Below are positions 1-10,151 of a stretch of DNA of 64,000 bases, piece by piece. Position 1 is the stretch's first letter; every line of letters starts with the position of its first letter. The stretch lies in contig CABSNM010000004.1 in the NCBI GenBank assembly GCA_902479065.1, positions 41,562 to 105,561 on the forward strand. The letters are read 5' to 3'. The notes under the pieces are model-generated. The model ran no database searches. It saw only the letters and a list, made by a program, of their open reading frames with translations, and was not told where the DNA came from. The stretch is from an uncultured Collinsella sp. (GTDB lineage: Bacteria > Actinomycetota > Coriobacteriia > Coriobacteriales > Coriobacteriaceae). The position numbers and the translations under genes were made by a program.

Positions 1-1300
1 TGCGCAGCAGACCGAGCTCGGCGTTGTCGAGGGCCATATCGAGGAAGTCATGAACGGCCAGAAGGTCGTCAAGGCATTCTGCCACGAGTCTGCCGCCGAA
101 GCCGATTTTGACGAGCGCAACGAAAAGCTCTTCGAGGTCTCGCAGAAGGCCAACATGTACGCCAACATCCTCATGCCCATCCTTATGAACCTGGGCAACC
201 TGCTCTACGTGCTGGTCGCACTGGCCGGCGGCATTTTCCTAGCGCTGGGCGTGCCCAACCTGAGCATCTCGGGCATGGCGCTGTCCATCGCCGTCGTGGT
301 GCCGTTCCTCAACATGACCAAGCAGTTCTGTGGACAGATCGGCCAGATCTCGCAGCAGATCAACGCCGTGGTCATGGGCCTCGCCGGCGCCGACCGTATC
401 TTTGAGCTCATCGACGAGGAGCCCGAAGCCGACGAAGGCTATGTGACGCTTGTCAACGCTCAGGTGAACCCCGATACCTGGCAGCTCGAGGAGGCCGACC
501 ACCACACTGGCATGTGGGCGTGGAAACATCCGCACCGCGCAACCGGCGAGATCGAGTACGTGCCGCTGCGTGGCGACCTGGTCATGGACAACGTCGACTT
601 TGGCTACACGCCCGACCACGAGGTGCTGCACGGCGTGTCCGTGTTTGCCAAGCCGGGCCAGAAGGTCGCGTTTGTCGGCGCCACCGGTGCCGGTAAGACG
701 ACCATCACCAACCTCATCAACCGCTTCTATGACATCGCCGACGGCAAGATTCGCTACGACGGCATCAACGTCAACAAGATCCGAAAGGCAGACCTGCGCC
801 GCTCGCTGGGCGTGGTGCTGCAGGACGTAAACCTGTTCACCGGCACCGTGATGGATAACATCCGCTACGGCAATCTGGATGCCACCGACGAGGAGTGCAT
901 CGCGGCAGCAAAGCTCGCCGGCGCGGACGACTTTATCACCCGCCTGCCCGACGGCTACGACACGATGCTCACCGGCAACGGCGCCCAGCTGTCGCAGGGC
1001 CAGCGCCAGCTGATCTCGATCGCACGCGCTGCCGTCGCCGATCCGCCGGCAATGATTCTGGACGAGGCCACGAGCTCCATCGACACCCGCACCGAGGCTA
1101 TCGTGCAGGCCGGCATGGACAAGCTCATGGAGGGCCGCACGACGTTTGTCATCGCGCACCGCTTGTCCACCGTGCGCAACTCCGACGCGATCATCTGCCT
1201 GGACCACGGCCGCATCATCGAGCGCGGCAACCACGACGAGCTGATCGCCAAGCGCGGGTATTACTACCAGCTCTATACCGGAGCGTTTGAGCTGGAGTAG
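1..1300 (+). CDS. ABC exporter permease/ATP-binding subunit (5' end lies before the window)
   Basis: TM helices, Walker A GATGAGKT, signature LSQGQRQ, Walker B ILDEATS; frame appears open to the window edge. Confidence 0.92.
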   Translation, partial: AQQTELGVVEGHIEEVMNGQKVVKAFCHESAAEADFDERNEKLFEVSQKANMYANILMPILMNLGNLLYVLVALAGGIFLALGVPNLSISGMALSIAVVVPFLNMTKQFCGQIGQISQQINAVVMGLAGADRIFELIDEEPEADEGYVTLVNAQVNPDTWQLEEADHHTGMWAWKHPHRATGEIEYVPLRGDLVMDNVDFGYTPDHEVLHGVSVFAKPGQKVAFVGATGAGKTTITNLINRFYDIADGKIRYDGINVNKIRKADLRRSLGVVLQDVNLFTGTVMDNIRYGNLDATDEECIAAAKLAGADDFITRLPDGYDTMLTGNGAQLSQGQRQLISIARAAVADPPAMILDEATSSIDTRTEAIVQAGMDKLMEGRTTFVIAHRLSTVRNSDAIICLDHGRIIERGNHDELIAKRGYYYQLYTGAFELE

Positions 1301-1424
1301 TTCGGCCCGCCGAGATGGCCGATTTGCCGCTCATTCGTCGGGCATGACCCCAAGGTCAATGCCCGCCCCTTTCGGGGCAAATCGACTCATCTCAACGACC
1401 CAAACACAATGCACCGCAACGAAT

Positions 1425-1462
1425 AAAGCCTCCGCAGCCACACGAGCTGCGGAGGCTTTTTT
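1425..1462 (+). terminator. Intrinsic terminator
   Basis: AAAGCCTCCGCAGC/GCTGCGGAGGCTTT stem followed by a T tract. Confidence 0.8.
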
Positions 1463-1472
1463 CATGCCGGCC

Positions 1473-1642
1473 GGAAACCGTATCCCACTTTTCGGGCCCA
1501 AAATGGGATGCCGTTTCCCGCTGGACCCCCTCCGGGAAACGGCATCCCATTTCAAGGGGGTAAACCGGGATGTGATTTCCCCTAACGGCACCTTTGGGAA
1601 GCCGCATCCCACTCTAGACGCACAAAACGGGATGAGCTTTCC
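1473..1642. repeat. Array 1 of alternating inverted GGAAA-N5-TCCC units (6 units, 62-bp period)
   Basis: Units at 1473F, 1505R, 1535F, 1567R, 1597F (GGAAG variant), 1629R. Confidence 0.9.
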
Positions 1643-1833
1643 CATGGTGATCCAAGACCAGAAGCATGTCCGATAGCGCGGCCAGGTCAAGAACAACAAG
1701 GCAAGCGTCACGCCAATTTGGACGAGCGTCTGCTGCAGTTTGAGGCTGCTGGCCCATATGGTAGAGTTAACCACCCATGAATTTCAGCACACTGCGTGCT
1801 ACCTGTTCTTTTGTCATTTAGGGGAGTGAACTT

Positions 1834-2925
1834 GTGAATACTTCTGTCGCCAAGAAGGCCGGCCAGGCGGTGCGCCTGCTCATGATGGTGCTCACGGCAG
1901 TTCTCATCTTCTTCTTCATCAATGTTATGCTGCTCGTCTCCGATATCCAGGGCACGGCGCGCGTGGTCAACTACGCCGGTCTGGTTCGCGGTACCACGCA
2001 GCGAATCGTTAAGCTCGAGGACGCGGGCCAGCCTCAAGATGACCTGCTTAAAGCCGTGGATTCATACATCAACGGTTTGCGTTACGGAAGTGACGACCTC
2101 AACCTCGTCCGTCTCGACGACGACGAGTATCAGGCAAAGATGACCGAGCTTGCAAATTATTTTGATGAGCTTTGCGTCGAGATCATCCGTGTGCGCGAAG
2201 TCGGCTACGAGAGCACCGACATCATCTCCATGAGCGAGGAATTCTTTGGCATTTGCGACGATGCTACGCGACTCGCAGAGGACTACTCTCAGGAGAAGGC
2301 GTCGGCGCTCAACTATCTCGAGGGCTTGGTGATCATCGACATCGTGGGCTTGGTGGCGACCTTTGCGGTCGAACTCGTTCGCGCGGTGCGCACCGCCGCG
2401 CTCAATCGCGAACTGCAGAGCAAAGTCTATCTCGACGAAGCCACGGGACTGCCCAATAAGAACAAGTGCGAGGAGATCTTGGGGCAGGAGCAGCCTGTCT
2501 CCGCGGAGGCGCCCGTTGCGGTGTGCGTCTTCGACCTTAACAATCTGCATATGGTCAATAACAACTTCGGCCACGAGAAGGGCGACGAATACATCCGCTC
2601 TTTTGCCCAGCAACTGGGAAGTGTGGCGTCCGAGACGTGCTTTGTGGGTCGCGACGGCGGCGATGAGTTTATCGCGGTACTGCGGGATGCCGACCGAGCC
2701 GCTGTGGAATCTTGTCTCGCTCGGATTCGCGCGAACGTGAACGAGTATTCCAAAGTCCACCCCGATATGCCCATCAGCTACGCGGTGGGCTATGCGCTTT
2801 CCAGCGATTTTGACGAGCCGCCTACCATGCGCGAACTCTTTTCCCAGGCCGACAAGAACATGTACGTCGATAAGAACCGCGTAAAGACAGCCGAGGCGGC
2901 CGGGCCGCAACGCGAGGATCGCTAA
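1834..2925 (+). CDS. Membrane-anchored diguanylate cyclase (GGDEF domain)
   Basis: Two TM segments flanking an extracellular helical domain; DEATGLPN, DLNNL and intact GGDEF motifs. Confidence 0.88.
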   Translation: MNTSVAKKAGQAVRLLMMVLTAVLIFFFINVMLLVSDIQGTARVVNYAGLVRGTTQRIVKLEDAGQPQDDLLKAVDSYINGLRYGSDDLNLVRLDDDEYQAKMTELANYFDELCVEIIRVREVGYESTDIISMSEEFFGICDDATRLAEDYSQEKASALNYLEGLVIIDIVGLVATFAVELVRAVRTAALNRELQSKVYLDEATGLPNKNKCEEILGQEQPVSAEAPVAVCVFDLNNLHMVNNNFGHEKGDEYIRSFAQQLGSVASETCFVGRDGGDEFIAVLRDADRAAVESCLARIRANVNEYSKVHPDMPISYAVGYALSSDFDEPPTMRELFSQADKNMYVDKNRVKTAEAAGPQREDR

Positions 2926-2941
2926 ACCCGTCCCAAATGAG

Positions 2942-3853
2942 CTAGTTGAGGAGTTGGGCCATGGCGTTGACGAATTTTTGGACTTGGAGGGTGGGCTCGA
3001 GCGGGTAGTGCAGAAAGACTGGCACCTCGCGACCGCATAGGAACGGCACGCCCACAAAGGCCGGGTGCACCCCCGACCACGCCCCGCAGGTGAGCACCGC
3101 GTCGCCCTTTTCCTCCGCCTCGTTAAAGAGCGCAAAGTCGAAGCTATCCACATCGATCACGTCCACGCCGCCGTCTGCCAAAAGATCGATACGCAGGCTG
3201 TCCATAGCGTCGTTGCCGTGGCGGAGCACGCGCAGACGCATACCCTCCAAGTCGGCGACCGTAATGCGATTCTTGCGCGCCAGCGGGCTCGTGCGCGGCA
3301 GGTCGATATAAAACGGCACGTTGACAATGCGGAGCTTTTGGCAGGCGTCACCCCAGCGCGGGGTCGAAAAACTCGACTGCACCACATCGACCTCACGACC
3401 GAGGCTGCGCATGACGGTCTCGCGCTCGTCATAGAGGTCGCTTACCGGCACGATCTCAAATCGCAGCGACGGTTCCAGCTCGTGTACGCCCGACCACATC
3501 GACAGCGTTTGGCGCCCCGGGCACATCATCGACACACCCAGACGCACAGCACCGCCATCGCCCGCCGCGCGTCGGGCGCGGCGCAGCGCGTCCTCGGACT
3601 GCCGCATGATCGAGCGCGCGTCGTCCACCAGCAGAGCGCCCGCCGGCGTCACCTTAACACCCGAATGCGAGCGCTCGAACAACGTGATGCCAAACTCGGC
3701 CTCGAAACCCGACACTTGTTTGACGAGCGCCGGGGTCGACACGCGCAATTTTGCCGCCGCACGTGAGAAGCTTCCCAGCTCCGCGGCGGCCGATATGGCC
3801 TCGAGTCGTCGATCGTACACGTCAATCTCCCGTTTTCGCGCCTGTGAACGCAT
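2942..3853 (-). CDS. LysR-family transcriptional regulator (start may be slightly downstream)
   Basis: N-terminal HTH GSFSRAAAKL...TLFER...TPAG; divergent from the SDR operon. Confidence 0.9.
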   Translation of the reverse strand: MRSQARKREIDVYDRRLEAISAAAELGSFSRAAAKLRVSTPALVKQVSGFEAEFGITLFERSHSGVKVTPAGALLVDDARSIMRQSEDALRRARRAAGDGGAVRLGVSMMCPGRQTLSMWSGVHELEPSLRFEIVPVSDLYDERETVMRSLGREVDVVQSSFSTPRWGDACQKLRIVNVPFYIDLPRTSPLARKNRITVADLEGMRLRVLRHGNDAMDSLRIDLLADGGVDVIDVDSFDFALFNEAEEKGDAVLTCGAWSGVHPAFVGVPFLCGREVPVFLHYPLEPTLQVQKFVNAMAQLLN

Positions 3854-4052
3854 GGCGCCACAGGGGGTCGTTTTGGCAGGTCACGCGCTCGATTGAGAAA
3901 AACTGCATCGCACAGTATAAACCTACGGTTAACGCCATTCTAACAAATATGCAATTCACCTGCGCAAATGCAAAGCATACGATAACCAGCGAAAAACACG
4001 TGGGTCGGTTAATGGGAGCGACCCACCGGGAGGCACAAGAAGGGAAGTTCCT

Positions 4053-4934
4053 ATGAGCAATTGGCTTAAGCTCGAGGGCGATGTCTGCGCCGTGACTGGC
4101 GCGCTCGGCGGTATGGGCGTCGAGATTTGCCGCGAGTTCGCCCGCAACGGCGCCAACGTCGTCCTGCTCGACCTGGACGAGGAAAAGGTCAAGGCCGCAG
4201 CCGCCGACCTCGCCGCCGAGTTTGGCATCCACGCCGAGGGTTACAAGATGAACGCCACCGATGAGGCCGAGGTTCAGGCCGCCGTCGACGCCACCATCGC
4301 CGACTTCGGCCGCGTCGACGTCCTCGTCAACACCGCCGGCATCCTGCGCTTCGCCGCCATGGAGGACCTGCCGCTGAGCGACTGGGAGCAGGTGCTCAAC
4401 GTCAACCTCACCGGTTACTTCATCACCTCGCAGCGCTTTGGTCGCGAGATGATCAAGGCCGGCCAGGGCCGCCTGGTGCACATCTCGACCGTTGCCAGCC
4501 ACTCCCCCGAGACGTTCTCGGGCGTGTACAGCTCCACCAAGGCCGGCGTCAACATGATGTCCAAGATGCTCGCCGCCGAGTGGGGCCCCTACGGCGTCCG
4601 CTCCAACTGCGTCGAGCCTTGCTTCGTTAAGACCCCGATGTCGGCCAACTTCTACGCCGACCCCGAGGTCGAAAAGAGCCGCAGCCGCCTGATCGCCACG
4701 CGCCGCATCGGCGAGGTCAGCGATATCGCCAACGCCGTCATGTTCCTGGCGTCCAAGCGCTCGGACTTTACCACCGGCGACGCCATCAAGGTCGACGGCG
4801 GCTTCTCCAACATGATGGGCGACCTCACCGCCAAGCCCGGCGGCCGTCGCGCCTATGCCGACAACTACCTTAAGAACAAGGGTGTCGAGCTCTGGTCCGA
4901 TGAGTCCGGCGTCGCCAAGCCGACTGACCAGTAA
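4053..4934 (+). CDS. SDR-family NAD(P)-dependent oxidoreductase
   Basis: TGALGGMG, NTAG and YxxxK (YSSTK) motifs. Confidence 0.92.
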   Translation: MSNWLKLEGDVCAVTGALGGMGVEICREFARNGANVVLLDLDEEKVKAAAADLAAEFGIHAEGYKMNATDEAEVQAAVDATIADFGRVDVLVNTAGILRFAAMEDLPLSDWEQVLNVNLTGYFITSQRFGREMIKAGQGRLVHISTVASHSPETFSGVYSSTKAGVNMMSKMLAAEWGPYGVRSNCVEPCFVKTPMSANFYADPEVEKSRSRLIATRRIGEVSDIANAVMFLASKRSDFTTGDAIKVDGGFSNMMGDLTAKPGGRRAYADNYLKNKGVELWSDESGVAKPTDQ

Positions 4935-5000
4935 ACCAACCCGACAGGGAGGACCCGCAGACACGCCTGTTCCTCCCCCGTATCGATTAGAAAGAGTCCA

Positions 5001-6257
5001 ATGGCTTCCACCAACTCCAACAAGGGTCGCGCCGTCGTGCTTTCCGCCGCGTGCGTCACCATGTTCTTCATCAGCTCCATCGCGCTGTATTCCGTCGTGA
5101 GCAAGAACCTGCTCGCCGTCTACCCCGAGTGGTCCAGCGCTCTTACCTGGGCCTTCCCGGTCTTTCAGACCATCATGGCCGTGACGGGCATCTTCGCCGG
5201 CCGCATCTCCGATAAGATCGGCCCGCGCAACGTCGTGATCGCCGCCGCCGTGTGCTACGGCCTGGGCTGGTTCATGTCCGGCACCGTCACCGAGCCGTGG
5301 CAGTTCTACCTGTGGTTCTCGCTCGTTGCCGCCATCGGCAACGGCCTGGGCTACAACCCGGCACTCACCACCGGCCAAAAGTGGTTCATCGACAAGAAGG
5401 GCCTCGCCTCCGGCATCACCCTGGCCGCTTCGACCGCCGGCCCCGCCGTGCTGTCCCCAGTGCTCGCCTCGCTGCTCATCCCGAGCCTGGGCATCTTTGG
5501 CGCCCTTAAGGCGCTCGGCGTCATCTTCTTTGTGATGATCGCCGCCTCCGCCCTGTTCCTGAAGGCCCCCGAGGCCGGTTGGCTGCCCGAGGGCTTCGAG
5601 GCCCCCAAGGGCGGCGCGCACGCCGGCACCTTCGGCGACCTCACCCCGGGCGAGATGGTCAAGACCCCGCGCTTCTGGGTCCTCATCGTCACCTTCGCCT
5701 TTGCCGCCACCGCGGGCACCCTGCTCGTGGGCAAGGTTGCCTCCATCGCCGCCGTCCAGCTCTTCGCCGACCCCACGAGTGCCGCGGCCGTCGCCCTCGG
5801 CGGTGTGGTGGTCTCCGTCAACACCTGCGCCAACTTGGTCGGCCGCCTGTCCTTTGGCCAGATCATCGACAAGCTCGGCGCCTATAAGTCGCTGCTCATC
5901 AGCCTTGTCGTCACCATCGTCGCCCTCGTCATCATGTCGATGAGCTTTACGCAGAGCATGTTCTTTGTGGCGCTCGCCCTGCTCGGCTTTAGCTTTGGTG
6001 CCCTGCTCGTCATCTACCCGCCGCTCACCGGTGGCGCCTTTGGTACCAGCAACATCGGCGTCAACTACGGCATCATGTTTTTGGGTTATGCCGCTTCCAC
6101 CTGGATCAGCCAGCCCATCACCGCCGTGCTGTATCACGCCGAGGCCGGCAGCGCCGCCTACCAGCAGTCCTTCTACGGTGCCATTGTGATCGCCGCCATC
6201 GCCGTCGTGCTCACCGTCTACATGATGGTCTCCGACAGCAAGAAGAAGTCCGCCTAG
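5001..6257 (+). CDS. MFS transporter (OFA-like)
   Basis: About 12 hydrophobic segments; GRISDKIGPR motif A; KWFIDKKGLASG. Confidence 0.9.
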   Translation: MASTNSNKGRAVVLSAACVTMFFISSIALYSVVSKNLLAVYPEWSSALTWAFPVFQTIMAVTGIFAGRISDKIGPRNVVIAAAVCYGLGWFMSGTVTEPWQFYLWFSLVAAIGNGLGYNPALTTGQKWFIDKKGLASGITLAASTAGPAVLSPVLASLLIPSLGIFGALKALGVIFFVMIAASALFLKAPEAGWLPEGFEAPKGGAHAGTFGDLTPGEMVKTPRFWVLIVTFAFAATAGTLLVGKVASIAAVQLFADPTSAAAVALGGVVVSVNTCANLVGRLSFGQIIDKLGAYKSLLISLVVTIVALVIMSMSFTQSMFFVALALLGFSFGALLVIYPPLTGGAFGTSNIGVNYGIMFLGYAASTWISQPITAVLYHAEAGSAAYQQSFYGAIVIAAIAVVLTVYMMVSDSKKKSA

Positions 6258-6265
6258 TTTTACCG

Positions 6266-6296
6266 ATGCGACAAAGGGACAGTCCCTTTGTCGCAT
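6266..6296. repeat. REP-like 31-bp palindrome (GGGACAG family, type a)
   Basis: ATGCGACAAAGGGAC-A-GTCCCTTTGTCGCAT; related copies at 19625 and 41658. Confidence 0.85.
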
Positions 6297-6326
6297 TCCA
6301 CCGGTCACCAGTATTAAGGAGTCGAA

Positions 6327-7367
6327 ATGTCTGAGCTCAACCCCGTCCGCATTGCCGTTATCGGCGCCGGCGCCATGGGCCGCAACCACATCCGCTTTGT
6401 CACCGAGGAGCCCGAGGCCGAGCTCGTCGCCATCGCCGACGCCTTTGAGGGCGCCCGCGCCACGGCAGAGGCCGCCGGCGTGCCGTTTTACACCGATCCC
6501 GCCCAGATGATGGACGAGGTCAAGCCCGAGGCCGTCATTATCGCCACCCCCAACGACCTGCACTTGGGCGTTGCCCGCGAGGCTGTGAAGCGCAATATCG
6601 TGCCGTTGATCGAAAAGCCGATCTCCAACGACCTGGAGGATGCCCAGGCTTTCGCTGCCGAGGCCGAGACCGCCGGCGTGCCCGTGCTTGTGGGTCAGCA
6701 CCGTCGCCACAACCCCTTCGTCAACAAGGCCAAGGAGATCATCGAGTCTGGCGAGCTGGGCAAGCTCACCGTGTCGAGCTTCCACTACATGATCTATAAG
6801 AATGACGAGTATTTCGATGTCGAGTGGCGCCGCAAGAAGGGTGCCGGCCCGATCCTGGTCAACCTGGTGCATGACGTCGACCTGCTCCGCTACCTGCTGG
6901 GCGAGCCCGTTGCCGTCCAGGGTATGCAGTCCAGCGCCGCCCGCGGTTTTGAGACCGAGGACTCCGCCGTGGTCAACGTCCGTTTTTCCGATGGCGCCCT
7001 CGCAAGCATGACCATCTCCGACGCCACCGCCAGCCCCTGGAACTGGGAGGCCACCGCCCGCGAGGATCCGCAGTACCGCCCCTTCGACGCCGACGCCTAC
7101 TTTATCGGCGGCACTAAGGGCGCCCTGTCGCTGCCCCGCCTGCACCAGTTCTCCTACGACGGCGCCTCCAACTGGCACAAGCCGCTGCAGATGGAGATTC
7201 CGGCTGTCGACCCGGCACTGCCACACAAGATGCAGCTCAAGCACTTTGTGAAGGTTGTCCGCCGCGAGGTCGAGCCCGTCGTGACCCCCGCCGATAACGT
7301 CAAGACGCTCACGCTGCTTAACGCCATCAAGGAGGCCGCCGAGACCGGCCAGCTCGTCGAGCTGTAA
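6327..7367 (+). CDS. Gfo/Idh/MocA-family oxidoreductase
   Basis: GAGAMG, EKP and G..RRHNP motifs. Confidence 0.92.
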   Translation: MSELNPVRIAVIGAGAMGRNHIRFVTEEPEAELVAIADAFEGARATAEAAGVPFYTDPAQMMDEVKPEAVIIATPNDLHLGVAREAVKRNIVPLIEKPISNDLEDAQAFAAEAETAGVPVLVGQHRRHNPFVNKAKEIIESGELGKLTVSSFHYMIYKNDEYFDVEWRRKKGAGPILVNLVHDVDLLRYLLGEPVAVQGMQSSAARGFETEDSAVVNVRFSDGALASMTISDATASPWNWEATAREDPQYRPFDADAYFIGGTKGALSLPRLHQFSYDGASNWHKPLQMEIPAVDPALPHKMQLKHFVKVVRREVEPVVTPADNVKTLTLLNAIKEAAETGQLVEL

Positions 7368-7535
7368 TGCCTTAAGAGCGACCGCAGCAGAAGCCCCATG
7401 CCGAACCCTTCGGTCCGCCACCAACAAGCCCCTCTTCTTTGCCCCGCGAGCAGCCTCCTGCCCTCGGGGCATTTTGCTACCTTGCCGACGATTTTTCTGA
7501 GGCGGGGGCCATTTTGCACCTCAGCCTGATTCGTT

Positions 7536-7697
7536 CGCCACGAAATGGGCCTATCTACTACGTTTAACCGATCACCCTCAACCATGCCGAATTTCGAGAA
7601 AAAAAAACCGCAGGTAGGCGGGTTGCGTATTTTCGGAAAACCGAGGGATGGTCGACCCATACGGGTTAAACGTAGTAGATAGGCCGCTTTCGTGGCG
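7536..7697. repeat. MITE-like ~160-bp element with ATCTACTACGTTTA terminal inverted repeats (copy 1)
   Basis: ~33-bp imperfect terminal IRs; homologous in reverse orientation to 34613-34772. Confidence 0.75.
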
Positions 7698-7778
7698 CGG
7701 CCCCAAAACAGTCTTTTGAGACGGGTGGTATCCTTGGTAGCCCTGTGCTGCAAACGCACCTTAAACGCAAGGAGTCCC

Positions 7779-9926
7779 ATGGATCTTATCGCCCAGCTCG
7801 CCCACGAGCTCAACCTTAAGGCCGCCAACATCGAGGCGGCCGTCAAGCTCATCGACGAGGGCAACACCATCCCCTTTATCTCGCGCTACCGCAAGGAAGC
7901 CACGGGCGGCATGGACGACGTCGCCCTGCGCACACTCGACGAGCGCCTGTCCTACCTGCGCAATCTTGAGCAGCGTAAAGAGGACGTCATTCTGCTCATC
8001 GACGCACAGGGCAAGCTCACGCCCGAGCTCGAGCAGCAGATTCGCGAGGCCACGCAGCTCCAGCGTGTCGAGGACCTCTACAAGCCCTACCGCAAAAAGC
8101 GCATGACCCGCGCGCAGAAGGCCCGCGAGGCAGGCCTGGAGCCGCTCGCCAACATGATCATCATGCAGGCCTCGGCCAAGGGCAGCGCACTCGACGCCGC
8201 CGCGGCCTACGTCAACGAGGAAGCCGGCTTCGACACGCCCGAAAAGGCGCTCGCCGGCGCGGCGGACATCGTGGCCGAGACGGTGGCCGAGGACCCCGAG
8301 AACGTCGCCGACCTGCGCGCCTTTACGCAGAGCACCGCCGACATCATCGTCGAGGCCACCGACCCCGCTGAGAAGACCCCCTACGAGCCCTACTACAACT
8401 TTGACGAGCCGCTGCGCCGTATACCCAACCACCGCGTGCTGGCTATCGACCGCGGCGAGCGCGAGGGCAAGCTCCGCGTGCGCGTGAACGTCGACGGCGC
8501 TACGGCCACGGCACGCCTCGGCAGCCGTTGGCCCCGACGCCAGGGTGTCTTCGCCCCCATTTTCGACGCCGCCATCGCCGACGGCTACAAGCGCCTCATG
8601 GCCCCCTCGCTGGAGCGCGAGGCCCGCGCCAAACTCACCGTCCGTGCGCAGACCGAGGCTATCAACGTCTTTGCCAAGAATCTCGAGGGCCTGCTCTCGG
8701 CACGCCCCGTCCGTGGCGCCCGCGTGCTCGCGCTCGATCCGGGCTACCGCACCGGCTGCAAGGTCGCCGTTATGGACGAGACCGGCAAGCTGCTCGACCA
8801 CGGCGTGGTCTACCCCACCAAGCCGCGCCACGACGTCGCCGGCACCAAGCGCGAGCTCGCCCGCCTCGTCAAGAAGGACAGCGTCAACACCATCGTCATC
8901 GGCAACGGCACCGCCAGCCGCGAGACCGAGGAAGTCGTTTCGGAGTTCATTGCCGAGCAGGCGCCCAGCCTTCGCTACACCATCGTCAACGAGGCCGGCG
9001 CATCGGTGTACTCCGCCTCCGAGCTCGCCAGCCAGGAATATCCCGACCTGGACGTCACCGTGCGTGGCGCCATGAGCCTGGGCCGCCGCCTGCAAGACCC
9101 GCTGGCAGAGCTCGTCAAGATTCCGCCCCAGTCCATCGGCGTTGGCCAGTACCAGCACGACCTTGACCAGGCCGAGCTTTCGCGCACCCTGGGCCATGTG
9201 GTGGAGGACGTCGTCAACCGCGTGGGCGTCGACGTCAACACCGCGAGCGCGAGCCTACTGGGATACGTATCGGGCATCACGCCGAGCGTGGCCAAAAACA
9301 TCGTGGCCTACCGCGAGGAAAACGGCGCCTTTACCGATCGCCGTCAGCTTAAGAAGGTCCCCAAGCTGGGACCCAAGGCATATCTCAACGCTGCAGGCTT
9401 TTTGCGCATCAGCGGCGGCAAGAACCCGCTCGACGCGACAAGCGTCCACCCCGAGAGCTACGAGGTGGCCACGGCCGTCCTGGAGCGTGCCGGCGTTGCG
9501 GCAAGCGAGCTCAGCCGTGGCGGCGTGCCCGACATCGAGCGCCGTCTGGGCAGCATCTCGGCGCTGGCAAGCGACCTGGACTGCGGCACCCTTACGCTCA
9601 TCGACATCGTCAACGAGCTCAAGAAGCCCGGCCGCGACCCGCGCGACGACGCGCCCGAGGTGGTCTTTAGCCGCTCGGCGCTTTCCATCGACGACCTGGA
9701 ACCCGGCATGGAACTCAAGGGCACGGTGCGCAACGTTGTGGACTTTGGCGCCTTCGTCGACGTGGGAGTGCACCAGGACGGCCTCGTACATATCTCCAAG
9801 CTGGCCAACCGCTTTGTCAAGCACCCCAGCGACGTCGTGCGCGTCGGTGACACGGTCAAGGTGTGGGTCGAAAAGGTCGATCGCGACCGCAAGAAGATCT
9901 CGCTCACCATGGTGCAGGGCAAGTAA
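7779..9926 (+). CDS. tex: Tex/YhgF-family transcription accessory protein
   Basis: GNTIPFISRYRKEATG, DPGYRTGCK, VNEAGASVYS, C-terminal S1 domain; AAGGAG RBS before ATG 7779. Confidence 0.95.
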   Translation: MDLIAQLAHELNLKAANIEAAVKLIDEGNTIPFISRYRKEATGGMDDVALRTLDERLSYLRNLEQRKEDVILLIDAQGKLTPELEQQIREATQLQRVEDLYKPYRKKRMTRAQKAREAGLEPLANMIIMQASAKGSALDAAAAYVNEEAGFDTPEKALAGAADIVAETVAEDPENVADLRAFTQSTADIIVEATDPAEKTPYEPYYNFDEPLRRIPNHRVLAIDRGEREGKLRVRVNVDGATATARLGSRWPRRQGVFAPIFDAAIADGYKRLMAPSLEREARAKLTVRAQTEAINVFAKNLEGLLSARPVRGARVLALDPGYRTGCKVAVMDETGKLLDHGVVYPTKPRHDVAGTKRELARLVKKDSVNTIVIGNGTASRETEEVVSEFIAEQAPSLRYTIVNEAGASVYSASELASQEYPDLDVTVRGAMSLGRRLQDPLAELVKIPPQSIGVGQYQHDLDQAELSRTLGHVVEDVVNRVGVDVNTASASLLGYVSGITPSVAKNIVAYREENGAFTDRRQLKKVPKLGPKAYLNAAGFLRISGGKNPLDATSVHPESYEVATAVLERAGVAASELSRGGVPDIERRLGSISALASDLDCGTLTLIDIVNELKKPGRDPRDDAPEVVFSRSALSIDDLEPGMELKGTVRNVVDFGAFVDVGVHQDGLVHISKLANRFVKHPSDVVRVGDTVKVWVEKVDRDRKKISLTMVQGK

Positions 9927-9935
9927 ACCGCCAAA

Positions 9936-10151
9936 GCAAAGGTACCCCCTGTAGCGATGTGCAAAATCGCGAGTATTCTGCAAATTCCACCGTTCCGGAT
10001 GCCCCTCAGAGACGAAAAAGCAAAAAACAGCCCCCGTTTTAGCGTCGTCAGAGCCAAAACGGGGGCCGTTCCATGCTTCGGTTAACTGATAAAGACCTTT
10101 ACCTTGCTGAATACTCTCAATTTTGCACGGCGCAGGCGGGGGTACCTTTGC
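9936..10151. repeat. MITE-like ~216-bp element with ~48-bp imperfect terminal IRs (GAGTATTC family, copy 1)
   Basis: Perfect 14-bp outer IR GCAAAGGTACCCCC/GGGGGTACCTTTGC plus inner IR; related to 38266-38490. Confidence 0.7.

Noticed and set aside
1287..1774. Short ORFs across the repeat arrays (also 23352-23618 and 27754-28517)
   Set aside because: They cross terminators and palindromes, the 62-bp period is not a multiple of 3, and no clear RBS is present
3822..7472. 1216-aa minus-strand ORF
   Set aside because: Antisense shadow of three clear plus-strand genes; typical of high-GC codon bias, with no recognisable motifs
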